Positions 52,208-61,770 of a stretch of 64,000 nt of DNA are shown piece after piece. The stretch's first letter is position 1; each line of letters starts with the position of its first letter. This DNA is from Candidatus Dormiibacterota bacterium. GTDB lineage: Bacteria; Chloroflexota; Dormibacteria; Aeolococcales; Aeolococcaceae. The notes below the pieces were generated by a model. It did not search any database. It saw only the letters and a list, made by a program, of their open reading frames with translations, and had not been told where the DNA came from. Location: assembly GCA_963709585.1 (NCBI GenBank), contig CAVPXI010000005.1, positions 64,001 through 128,000 of the forward strand. Reading direction: 5' to 3'. Made by a program: the position numbers and the translations under genes.

Positions 52208-53539
52208 TCACGGCGACTTCGTCGGCTTCGGGGTCGGGGTCGGGGTCGGTGTGGAACTCGTGGCGGTGGGCGTCGGCGTTTGGACCGGGTTCGGCGCGAT
52301 CGTGATCGGCATCGTGTTGGGGGCCGCGGTTGGCGTGGGCGTGGCTGCCGGCTGCGGTGTCGAGGTTGGAAGCGCAGCGCCCGCGGTGTCGATGCTGGTC
52401 GGCAGGCCCGCGTCGGTCGGCCCGGCCGACGGCGTGAAGATCGAGCCCGGCGGCGGCGTCGGCGAGAACTGGACCCCCGGGCCGCCGAGTGCTCGCGCGG
52501 CGAAGATAACCATCACCACCAGCGCGATCACCGCCGCCGCGGCGACCGACCAGACCTTCCATCCGACGCCGCCTGGGCGCCGCTCGCCCGCGCCCGTATC
52601 GATGGCGAGGCCCGGCACGGGCAGGTCGTCGTCGTCATCGACAAGCTCGTCCGCCGGCGAGGCGGGGGCAGGGTCGGCGAGGCGATCCGCGACAGCGGCG
52701 GCGAGCCACGCACGGCCGTGCTCCCGCCACCCGGCTCCCAGGAACGCCACGCCCGCGGTCTCGACATCGCGGCGGAACAGCCCCGCGCTCGCGGGCCGGT
52801 CGCGCGGGTCTTTTGCGAGCCCGCGGATGACCAGCTCCCTCGCAAGCAGCGGTACCGCCTCGCTCGGCAGCGCGCCCTGCGTGTGCTGCACTCCGAGCCC
52901 GGTGAGGTCGGTGCCCAGGTACGGAGGGCGTCCGGTGAGGGAGCCGACCAGGACGCCGGTGGCGGCATAGATGTCGGTCGCGACGGTGTGCGGTCTGCCC
53001 GCCCACAGCTCCGGCGCCATGTACTTCGGGGTTCCGGCGCGCCAGCCGCGACGCAGCGGAGGCGCAGGCACACCCGCGTCACGGAGGATGCCGGTGCCGC
53101 CGGTGTCGAGGACGATCGAGCCCGGGGTCACGTCGCGATGGATGATGCCGGCCACGTGCAGCGCCTCGAGCGCCGCGAGCGAGTCGTCGAACACGACCAG
53201 TGCAGCGGCTGCCGCCAGACGGTCCAAGGTACCCAGCGTGATCCCGTCCACCCACTCATACACGATCGCGGCGTGCCTGTCGTCGAACGCGATCACGGAG
53301 AGCAGGTGCTGGTGGCGCAGCGCGCGGAGCACCCCCATGTCGTGGCGGACCTGACGGCGGTACGCGGCGTCGGCGGACAGCGCCGGGCTGAGCAGGCGGA
53401 TGACCACCCGCGAGCCGGTCGTTGAGTCGTGAGCGTCGACAAGCGCACCGGCGGGGTCGACGCTGATCCCCCGATCCAGTGTGTAGCCGGGAACGTACGC
53501 CCGCGAGCCCGCGCCCTCGCGGCTTCCAGCCTGGTCCAT
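52208..53539 (-). CDS. Ser/Thr kinase-like protein (degenerate) with TM and Pro/Thr-rich tail
   Basis: IHRDV, GTPKYMAPE and DIYA are present; the Gly loop, catalytic Lys and DFG are altered. Confidence 0.8.
   Translation of the reverse strand: MDQAGSREGAGSRAYVPGYTLDRGISVDPAGALVDAHDSTTGSRVVIRLLSPALSADAAYRRQVRHDMGVLRALRHQHLLSVIAFDDRHAAIVYEWVDGITLGTLDRLAAAAALVVFDDSLAALEALHVAGIIHRDVTPGSIVLDTGGTGILRDAGVPAPPLRRGWRAGTPKYMAPELWAGRPHTVATDIYAATGVLVGSLTGRPPYLGTDLTGLGVQHTQGALPSEAVPLLARELVIRGLAKDPRDRPASAGLFRRDVETAGVAFLGAGWREHGRAWLAAAVADRLADPAPASPADELVDDDDDLPVPGLAIDTGAGERRPGGVGWKVWSVAAAAVIALVVMVIFAARALGGPGVQFSPTPPPGSIFTPSAGPTDAGLPTSIDTAGAALPTSTPQPAATPTPTAAPNTMPITIAPNPVQTPTPTATSSTPTPTPTPKPTKSP
52211..52345 (-). 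repeat. Low-complexity (Thr-Pro)n coding repeat
   Basis: GGGGTC tandem units encoding TPTPTPTPKPTKSP. Confidence 0.6.
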
Positions 53540-53626
53540 TCGTTCTCAGTATGCCGCCACAAAAGCGCGGCTTACACGAATTACCGCATCGGAACGGCCA
53601 TCATCGGGCACTAGAATGACCGGGAA

Positions 53627-54997
53627 GTGGAGTACGTCGAGAGCATCCTCGACCTGGTCGGCAACACCCCGTTGGTCCGGCTGAGCAAGGTCACCGAGGG
53701 GCTCCGCCCTCTCATCCTGGCCAAGCTCGAGCAGCTCAACCCGGGCGGGAGTGTCAAGGACCGTATCGGCCTGTCGATGCTCGAGGATGCGGAGCGGAGC
53801 GGACTGCTCCGGCCGGGTGGCACCGTCGTCGAGCCCACCTCGGGCAACACCGGCCACGGACTCGCGATGGCGGCGGCGATCAAGGGCTACAAGATGATCT
53901 TCGTCATGCCCGACAAGATGTCGTCGGAGAAGATCAGCCTGCTGCGCGCGTACGGCGCCGAGGTGGTCATCTGTCCCACCAACGTCGAACGGGAGTCGGC
54001 GCAGTCGTACTACTCGGTCGCGGACCGGATCACCCGCGAGGTGCCCGGGGCATTCCAGCCGAACCAGTACTTCAATCCGCGAAACCCGGAGGCGCACTAC
54101 CGAACCACCGGACCCGAGATCTGGCGGCAGACCGACGGCCGCATCACGACGTTCGTAGCCGGCGTCGGCACCGGGGGCACGATCACCGGCGTCGGCAAGT
54201 ACCTCAAGGAGCAGAACCCGGCGGTTCGGGTGATCGGCGCGGATCCCGAGGGCTCGATCTACAGCGGCGAGATCGCCCCGTACAAGGTCGAAGGCGTCGG
54301 CGAGGACTTCTGGCCCGGCACCTTCGACCGCGACGTCGTCGACGAGTTCATCCAGGTCACCGATCGCGAGTGCTTCGTGGCGGCGCGGAAGCTTGCGCGC
54401 CAGGAAGGCATCCTCGTCGGCGGGTCGGCCGGCCTTGCGCTCCACGCGGCGATACAGGTCGCTGTCGATTCCAAGCCGGACGACGTCATCGTCGTGCTTC
54501 TCCCCGACACCGGCCGCAACTATCTGAGCAAGTTCTTCTCAGACGAGTGGATGCGGCAGAACGGCTATCTCCAGCGGCTCGTGCCTGCGCGCGTTCGCGA
54601 GGTCATCGATTCGCAGTCCGACGGCGTCCCGGAGCTGGTCAGCGTCGGCGCCGGCAAATCCGTCGGCGAGGCGATCGACCTCATGCAGCAGTACGGCATC
54701 TCCCAGCTGCTCGTGACCGAGAACGGGACCAGCGCGGGCGGCGGCGTGGTCGGCAGCATCCAGGAGCGAACGCTGCTGGATCGCGTCTACCGCGACCCGG
54801 CCGTGGTCACCACGTCGGTGTCGACGGCGATGGACCCACCCTTCGCGCGCGTTGCCTCGGGCGCGCCGATCGAGGAGGCCTTCGAGGCATTGCTCGGTGG
54901 CGAGCCCGCCCTGATGATCGTCGAAGGTGACGTCCCGGTCGGGGTGATCACCAGGAGCGACCTGCTCGAGTTCGTCGCCCGCCGCGGACGCGGCTGA
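53627..54997 (+). CDS. cbs: Cystathionine beta-synthase with C-terminal CBS domains
   Basis: NPGGSVKDR, EPTSGNTG, GVGTGGT, C-terminal CBS pair. Confidence 0.93.
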   Translation: MEYVESILDLVGNTPLVRLSKVTEGLRPLILAKLEQLNPGGSVKDRIGLSMLEDAERSGLLRPGGTVVEPTSGNTGHGLAMAAAIKGYKMIFVMPDKMSSEKISLLRAYGAEVVICPTNVERESAQSYYSVADRITREVPGAFQPNQYFNPRNPEAHYRTTGPEIWRQTDGRITTFVAGVGTGGTITGVGKYLKEQNPAVRVIGADPEGSIYSGEIAPYKVEGVGEDFWPGTFDRDVVDEFIQVTDRECFVAARKLARQEGILVGGSAGLALHAAIQVAVDSKPDDVIVVLLPDTGRNYLSKFFSDEWMRQNGYLQRLVPARVREVIDSQSDGVPELVSVGAGKSVGEAIDLMQQYGISQLLVTENGTSAGGGVVGSIQERTLLDRVYRDPAVVTTSVSTAMDPPFARVASGAPIEEAFEALLGGEPALMIVEGDVPVGVITRSDLLEFVARRGRG

Positions 54998-55002
54998 TCG
55001 GC

Positions 55003-56154
55003 GTGCAGCACAAACCGCACGGTCTGGCGACGCGCGCCCTCCACGTCGGGCAAGGACCCGATCCGTCCACCGGCGCGGTGGTGGTCCCGATTCATCTGGC
55101 GACCACGTTCGCGCAGGAGTTGCCTGGCCGGCACACGGGATTCGAGTATTCGCGCTCGGGCAATCCGACCCGCGCCAACCTCGAGGAGTGCCTCGCGTCG
55201 CTCGAAGGGGCGACCCACGGCCTCGCCTTCTCGTCGGGCCTGGCCGCAACCACGACCGTGATGCTGCTTCTCGATCCTGGAGACCACGTGGTCTTCACCG
55301 AGGACGTCTATGGCGGCACCTTCCGGCTCTTCGACAAGGTCTTCCGGCGCTACGGCCTGACCTTCACGGCGGTCGACCCAACCGATCCGGATGCCGTCGC
55401 CGCGGCGATGACCGATCGGACGCGCCTGGTCTGGCTCGAGTTCCCGACCAATCCGCTGCTCCGGGTCGTGGACATCGACGCTGTGAGCGAGCTCATCCAT
55501 GGCGCCGGCGCGCTGATGGCGGTCGACAGCACGTTCGCGAGCCCGGTGCTGCAGCTACCCCTCGAGCTGGGCGCCGACCTGGTCGTGCACAGCTCGACGA
55601 AATTTCTCGGGGGCCACAGCGATGTGCTCGGCGGCGCGGTGCTCACCTCCAGTGAGGCGCTCGCGGAGCGAATGCGCTTCCACCAGAATGCCGTCGGCGC
55701 CGTGCCCTCGCCATTCGATTGCTGGTTGCTGCTCCGCGGGTTGAAGACGTTACAGCTCCGGGTGCTCCGTCAATGTGAGAACGCCCTGGCGATAGCCCGG
55801 TGGCTCGAGGGTCAGGATGCCGTGACCCAGGTGTACTACCCGGGGCTCGAGAGCAATCCGGGTCATGCGCTCGCCCGGCGTCAGATGGGCGGCCGCTACG
55901 GGGGAGTGGTGTCCTTCGAAGTCTCGTCGGGCGACGCCGCGCGTTCGTTCCTCGAGCGGTTGCGGGTGTTCACGCTCGCCGAGTCACTGGGCGCTGTGGA
56001 GTCGCTCGCCGAAAGCCCGGCGATGATGACCCACGCGTCGATACCGGAGGAGACGCGGACGCGGGTCGGCGTCAGCGACGGGCTGCTGCGCCTGTCCGTC
56101 GGTATTGAGGACGTCGACGACTTGCTGGCCGACCTGGAGCAGGCCCTGGCGTAG
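55003..56154 (+). CDS. metB: Cystathionine gamma-synthase/lyase
   Basis: YSRSGNPT, DVYGGT, HSSTKFLGGHSD, AESLG, RLSVGIE. Confidence 0.9.
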   Translation: MQHKPHGLATRALHVGQGPDPSTGAVVVPIHLATTFAQELPGRHTGFEYSRSGNPTRANLEECLASLEGATHGLAFSSGLAATTTVMLLLDPGDHVVFTEDVYGGTFRLFDKVFRRYGLTFTAVDPTDPDAVAAAMTDRTRLVWLEFPTNPLLRVVDIDAVSELIHGAGALMAVDSTFASPVLQLPLELGADLVVHSSTKFLGGHSDVLGGAVLTSSEALAERMRFHQNAVGAVPSPFDCWLLLRGLKTLQLRVLRQCENALAIARWLEGQDAVTQVYYPGLESNPGHALARRQMGGRYGGVVSFEVSSGDAARSFLERLRVFTLAESLGAVESLAESPAMMTHASIPEETRTRVGVSDGLLRLSVGIEDVDDLLADLEQALA

Positions 56155-57326
56155 TCTCACGCGGCGGCGCACCCAGCTTCCACTCCCCGGTGGTGAGCAG
56201 GAGCGTGCCGTCGATCTCCGGCAGCGCCGGAGCACCGAGGCGGCGCAGCTTGCGCCACTGTTCGCCGTCCTCCTCGCTGAGAAACGTGATCGCCTTGCCC
56301 TCGTTGCCGTTGCGCGCGGTGCGGCCGATCCGATGGGTGAGCCACTGCGGGGTCTCGGGCAGCTCGAAGTTGACGACCAGGCCGACGTTCACGACGTCGA
56401 TGCCTCGGGCCGCGACGTTGGTTGCGACCAGCACCTCGGTACGGTTGGCGCGAAACGAGTCGAGGGCGCGATCACGGGCGTTCTGCGACAGGTTGCCCTG
56501 CAGCTCGCCCGCGGTGTGGCCCATGCGAAGCAGGTCGCGAACCAGCTTCTTGGCTCCGTGCTTGGTGCGATGAAAGACGATCGTCTGGTTGAGCTCGGTG
56601 GCGCGCTGGCGGCGCAGCAGCCGTGACAGCGCATCGATCTTCTGCGACTTGACGACGCTCATGACCCCGTGCTCGACTGCGGGAACCTGTTCGTTGACGA
56701 CGCGCACCCGGGCCGGTGCAGTACAGGTGCTTGGTGATCATCCGCTGCACCCAGTCGGGCATCGTCGCCGAGGCGAGCACAGTCTGCCGGCGCGCGCTGC
56801 TGCTGAAGCTCGGACACATCGAGATGATCTTCTCGACATCCTTCGCGAAGCCCTGGTCGAGCATCTCGTCGGCCTCGTCGAGCACGAGGTATTCGATGTC
56901 GCGGAGTCGTGCGAGCCCAGTGCTCGCGAGGTCGAGGAGCCGTCCCGGACAGCCGACGATCACGTCCGGAGCGTTGCGCAGCCCACCGGTCTGGGGTCCG
57001 TAGCCGACCCCGCCGATGCAGATCACCGTGCGCAGCGCCGGGTCGACCTTGCGGATCACCGCGTTGACCTGGGTCGCCAGCTCGCGGGTTGGAGTCACGA
57101 TCAGCGCCCTTGCGCCGTGACTCTGGTGCCCGGCGAGCCGCTCGACCAATGGCACCACGAATGCCAGGGTCTTGCCGGAGCCGGTGGGTGCCTCGATCAC
57201 GCAGTCGTGGCCTGCGAGCAGGGGCGGGATCGCCTCCTGCTGCACTGTGTTCGGCTCTGTGAAACCGCCTCGGCTGAGAGCGGCGGACGTGCGCGGACGC
57301 ACGCCGATGGATTCAAACGTTGTCAC
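56072..57326 (-). CDS. DEAD-box RNA helicase (+1 frameshift at about 56718)
   Basis: APTGSGKT, PTREL, DEAD, SAT, ARGID, HRIGRTAR. Confidence 0.9.
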
Positions 57327-57554
57327 CGTGTTACCTCGGGACCCGGGTCGTTCCCGTCATCCCAGAATCCCCTCGCTGGACTGTCGTGTGCCGGATTCTT
57401 GAGACCCGCCGGTTACCGGCGGAGAGAGGGTTCACCAAGAGGCATGGCTCGCCGATGCGCGAGCACTTGCCAAGACAGTACCACAGGTTGGTGCAAAGAC
57501 CGCAAACGGTGACAGAGGCTGTTTCCGGCCCCTGGGTGTATATCCTCGCTTCGA

Positions 57555-60236
57555 ATGACGTTCGACGCCTTCCTCCATCAGCTTCCCGACGCGGATGCCG
57601 CGGAGACCGGCGAGTGGCTCGAGTTCCTCGATACGCTGGTTGCCTCCGAAGGTACCGTTCGTGCCCGTTTTGTGATCGGCAAGCTGCTGGAACGCGCCCG
57701 ACGGCTGCAGGTGCCGGTGCCGTCGCTGGTCTCGACGCCGTACATCAACACCATTCCCCCGGACGAGGAGCCGTGGTTCCCGGGCGACGAGGAGATGGAG
57801 CGGCGCATCCGCCGCATCGTCCGCTGGAATGCCGCCGCGATGGTAACCAGGGCAAACAAGAGAAGCGATGGCATCGGCGGTCATCTGTCGACGTACGCGT
57901 CTGCCGCCTCGCTGTACGAGGTGGGGTTCAACCACTTCTTCCGCGGCAAGGATGATGGCAACTCCGGCGACCAGATCTACTACCAGGGACATGCGGCACC
58001 GGGGATGTACTCGCACGCGTACCTCGAGGGTCGGATCACCGAGGCGCAGATGGACAACTTCCGTCAGGAGACGGGGGGCAACGGTCTCAGCTCGTATCCG
58101 CATCCCCGCTTGATGCCCGACTTCTGGGAGTTCCCGACGGTTTCCATGGGCCTCGGGCCGCTCAACGCGATCTACCAGGCACGGTTCAACCGCTACCTCT
58201 ACAACCGCCATATCGTGGACACGAGCGAGAGCCGCGTCTGGTGTTTCCTCGGCGACGGCGAGTGCGACGAACCGGAGACGCTCGGCGCGCTGTCGCTCGC
58301 TGCGCGCGAGCAGCTCGACAACCTCACCTTCGTCGTCAACTGCAATCTGCAGCGTCTCGACGGACCGGTGCGCGGCAACGGCAAGGTGATCCAGGAGCTC
58401 GAGGGAATCTTCCGCGGTGCGGGCTGGAACGTCATCAAGGTCATCTGGGCGCGGGAGTGGGACGAGCTGCTCGCGCGCGATGTGTCCGGTGTGCTCGTCG
58501 ACCAGATGAACCGCGTTCCTGATGGCGAGTTTCAGAAGTACACGACAGAAAGTGGCGCTTACATCCGCGAGCACTTCTTCGGGCCGGATCCGCGCCTGCG
58601 CAGGATGGTTGAGCACCTGTCAGACGACGATCTCCGCCACCTCCGCCGCGGAGGCCACGACTATCGCAAGGTGTACTCCGCCTACAAGCTCGCGCTGGAG
58701 CAACGCGGAGCACCGACGGTGATCCTTGCGCACACCGTCAAGGGATGGACCCTCGGCGTCGGCTTCGAAGGACGCAACTCCACGCACCAGATCAAGAAGA
58801 TCGGTGAAGCCGAGCTGCGCGCGTTCCGCGATCTGCTCGAGCTGCCCATCAGCGACAAGCAACTCACGGAGGCCAAGCCTCCCTACTACCATCCTGGTGC
58901 GGATTCCGACGAGGTCGAGTATCTGTTGATGCGCCGGCGCGCGCTGGGCGGGATGTTGCCGCGAAGGGTCGTGCGCTCCAAGCCGCTCGACCTCCCCGGC
59001 GACGCCCCGTACGCGGAGTTCCTGAGCGGCAGCGGCACCCGTGCGGCGTCAACGACCATGGTGTTCGCCGGACTGCTGCGCAACCTGCTCCGCGATCCGG
59101 GCATCGGCAACCGCATCGTCCCGATCATCCCCGACGAGGCGCGCACCTTCGGCATGGACGCGCTCTTCAGCGAGGTCAAGATCTACGCGCCGTTCGGGCA
59201 GAGCTACGAGCCGGTGGACGCGGGGATGGTGCTCTCGTACCGCGAGGCAGTCGACGGGCAGATCCTCGAAGAGGGCATCACCGAAGCCGGCTCGATGGGC
59301 AGCTTCACCGCGGCCGGCACCGCGTACGCGACCCACGGTCAGGCGGTCATTCCCTTCTACATCTACTACTCGATGTTCGGATACCAGCGGGTCGGGGACC
59401 TCATCTGGGCATTCGGCAACTCACGTGGTCGCGGCTTCATGCTCGGCGGCACTGCGGGTCGCACCACGCTCAACGGCGAGGGCCTTCAACACGAGGATGG
59501 GCATTCGCCGCTGCTCTTCAGTGCGATCCCGAACGTGCGCATCTACGACCCCGCCTTCGCATTCGAGCTTGCGACCGTCATTCGCGACGGCATGCGCCGC
59601 ATGTACGTCGACGGCGAGGACATCTTCTACTACATCACGCTGTACAACGAGAACTACCCGATGCCGCCGATGCCCGAGGGCAGCGAGGAGGGCATTCTCC
59701 GCGGTCTCTACCTGTACAAACCTGCGGGCGCCGCGCGCACCCATCACGCCCGGATTCTCGCCAGCGGCAGCGCCGTCCAGGCGGCGGTCGAGGCGCAGGC
59801 GATGTTGCTCGACCAGCACGACGTCGCCGCCGAAGTGTGGAGCGCCCCGAGCTTCCAGCTGCTGCGCCAGGACGCGCTCGAAGTCGAGCGCTGGAACCGG
59901 TTGCATCCCGACGCCGAGCCGCGCGTCTCGTACGTCGAGGAGCAGTTGGGCGGCGACGACGGACCGATCGTCGCGGTGACCGACTACATGAAGGCGGTCC
60001 CCGATCAGATCGGGCGTTTCGTCAGCGCCCCGTTCATCCCGCTCGGCACGGATGGCTACGGACGCAGCGACACACGGGTCGCGCTGCGCCGGCACTTCGA
60101 GGTCGACGCAGCGTCGATCTCCGTGGCCGTGCTCGACGGGCTGGCGCAGCAGGACCGCCTCCCGCGTCATGTCGTGGCAGCCGCCATCGAGCACTACGAG
60201 CTCGACACCGAGCTCTCCGACCCCCGCTACCGCTGA
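57555..60236 (+). CDS. aceE: Pyruvate dehydrogenase E1, homodimeric type
   Basis: GGHLSTYAS, FPTVSMGLG, GDGECDE, NLQRLDGPV, EGLQHEDG. Confidence 0.96.
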   Translation: MTFDAFLHQLPDADAAETGEWLEFLDTLVASEGTVRARFVIGKLLERARRLQVPVPSLVSTPYINTIPPDEEPWFPGDEEMERRIRRIVRWNAAAMVTRANKRSDGIGGHLSTYASAASLYEVGFNHFFRGKDDGNSGDQIYYQGHAAPGMYSHAYLEGRITEAQMDNFRQETGGNGLSSYPHPRLMPDFWEFPTVSMGLGPLNAIYQARFNRYLYNRHIVDTSESRVWCFLGDGECDEPETLGALSLAAREQLDNLTFVVNCNLQRLDGPVRGNGKVIQELEGIFRGAGWNVIKVIWAREWDELLARDVSGVLVDQMNRVPDGEFQKYTTESGAYIREHFFGPDPRLRRMVEHLSDDDLRHLRRGGHDYRKVYSAYKLALEQRGAPTVILAHTVKGWTLGVGFEGRNSTHQIKKIGEAELRAFRDLLELPISDKQLTEAKPPYYHPGADSDEVEYLLMRRRALGGMLPRRVVRSKPLDLPGDAPYAEFLSGSGTRAASTTMVFAGLLRNLLRDPGIGNRIVPIIPDEARTFGMDALFSEVKIYAPFGQSYEPVDAGMVLSYREAVDGQILEEGITEAGSMGSFTAAGTAYATHGQAVIPFYIYYSMFGYQRVGDLIWAFGNSRGRGFMLGGTAGRTTLNGEGLQHEDGHSPLLFSAIPNVRIYDPAFAFELATVIRDGMRRMYVDGEDIFYYITLYNENYPMPPMPEGSEEGILRGLYLYKPAGAARTHHARILASGSAVQAAVEAQAMLLDQHDVAAEVWSAPSFQLLRQDALEVERWNRLHPDAEPRVSYVEEQLGGDDGPIVAVTDYMKAVPDQIGRFVSAPFIPLGTDGYGRSDTRVALRRHFEVDAASISVAVLDGLAQQDRLPRHVVAAAIEHYELDTELSDPRYR

Positions 60237-60244
60237 CCCACCGG

Positions 60245-60811
60245 TCAGCGTGAGTTGAAGGTCATCGAGGAGCGCTCGCTGTACACCGCGCCTCCTGGCG
60301 CGGGTCGCAACTCGTACAGCACCAGCCGCGACGCGATGAAGCGGATCGCCGTCCGATCCGCAGCAGCCGCCGCGGCCCACGCTGTACGTGCACCGTCACT
60401 CCAGGGCAGGCGCGGCCGGCCGAGCGTGCAGTGTGCGTGGTACGGGCGTTCCTCGACGTCGAAGCCGGCGGCGCCGAGCACGATGCGACATTCGAGCGCG
60501 AGCGCGGTGAGCGGAGCCATATCGCGCGTCGGGCCGAGCCAGAGAACACGCGGCGCCCTTCGGGATGGGAACGCGCCCAGCCGGTCGAGCTCAACGTCGA
60601 ACGGTGCTGTACCGAGCGCGACCGGCGCAACGAGCTCGAGCGCCTCCGCGGCCCGTTCCTCCTCGATCGATCCAAAGAAGTGAACGGTCAGATGGAGCGT
60701 CTCCGGGCGCACCCAGCGAACATCCGGAACGCGCTCCCGGAGCTCGCCCTGCACCCGCTGCGCCGCCCCGAGCCCGGGGTCGGCGAGCGGAACGGCGAGG
60801 AAGCACCTCAC
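60245..60811 (-). CDS. thpR: RNA 2',3'-cyclic phosphodiesterase
   Basis: RCFLAV, two 2H motifs (HLTV, HCTL); GTG overlaps the upstream stop. Confidence 0.9.
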   Translation of the reverse strand: MRCFLAVPLADPGLGAAQRVQGELRERVPDVRWVRPETLHLTVHFFGSIEEERAAEALELVAPVALGTAPFDVELDRLGAFPSRRAPRVLWLGPTRDMAPLTALALECRIVLGAAGFDVEERPYHAHCTLGRPRLPWSDGARTAWAAAAAADRTAIRFIASRLVLYELRPAPGGAVYSERSSMTFNSR

Positions 60812-61770
60812 CCAGCCGGTGTCGCCGTGGGCGTGGCCCTGAGGCTCGGGCTCGCGGGCGAAGGACTGGGACGTGCTGCGGCGCACGGGTTGCCGCCGGC
60901 GTTGGTCAGCGAGACCTCGATCTGGTTGGTCGCGCAGAGCTGACCGACCTGGTTGAACAGCTCCTCGGTGAACCAGCCGGGCCGGTCGGTCACGTTGTAC
61001 GGATTGCCGGCATAGATCAGGGTGTGGCGGACCCCCCAGCCCTTCGCCGTTTTCGAGTACACCATCACGATGTCGTAGCCGCCCGCGTCGTGGACCGGTG
61101 TCGTGGTGTACGCGCCCACGGCGAGCGATGTGACCGCGGCAGCGAACGCGGGATCGTAGGCCTTGAGCTGCGCGGCGGTCAGGACACCGAGATCGCCGCC
61201 TTTGGCCGCCGTCCCGGTCGTCCCGGAGTCGTCGGAGTAGGTCTTGGCGGTGGCGCTGAAGCTCGCTCCGGTGGCGAGGATCTGCTCGATCTGGGCAGCG
61301 CGTTGCTGTGCAAAGACGTCCTCGACACGCTGCTCGTTGATGCTCGAGCTGATCTCGTCCTCGAGCTGCGCGATCGACCCGCCGGCGCCGGCGAGCTCGG
61401 TCTCGAGCGCGTTCGTCCCCCCGGCCTGCTGCGCGTCGGTGGCGACTTCAGCCGCAACCTCCTTCTGGGTCGCCGCCAGCCCGAGCCGGGTTGCCTCCTC
61501 GCGAATCACCGTGTCGGTGATCAGGCTGCGCAGGACCGCGGCCCGCACCTGGGTGACCGCGGCGCCACCCGAGCAGTCTCCACCGCCCTGTTTGATACTG
61601 GTGCACGCGCTCTGGTAGCGAACATTGAACTCCGCGAGGGTGATCGCATCCGAGCCGACCCGCGCGATCACCGGCGACGGCGCGACCGGTGCCGGTGTGT
61701 TCGAGGCGCACGCCGTGATGATCACTGCGCACAGAGCTACGATCGCCGCCCCGCCCCGTCGATGCACCAT
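60808..61770 (-). CDS. PrsA/SurA-like peptidylprolyl isomerase lipoprotein
   Basis: Lipobox ITAC, SurA-like N-terminal helices, parvulin motifs AKTYSDD and KGGDLG. Confidence 0.8.
   Translation of the reverse strand: MVHRRGGAAIVALCAVIITACASNTPAPVAPSPVIARVGSDAITLAEFNVRYQSACTSIKQGGGDCSGGAAVTQVRAAVLRSLITDTVIREEATRLGLAATQKEVAAEVATDAQQAGGTNALETELAGAGGSIAQLEDEISSSINEQRVEDVFAQQRAAQIEQILATGASFSATAKTYSDDSGTTGTAAKGGDLGVLTAAQLKAYDPAFAAAVTSLAVGAYTTTPVHDAGGYDIVMVYSKTAKGWGVRHTLIYAGNPYNVTDRPGWFTEELFNQVGQLCATNQIEVSLTNAGGNPCAAARPSPSPASPSLRATPTATPAG

Noticed and set aside
52211-52345. Tandem repeats as a CRISPR array or VNTR
   Set aside because: Short in-frame units encoding a Pro/Thr linker, with no spacers or cas genes.
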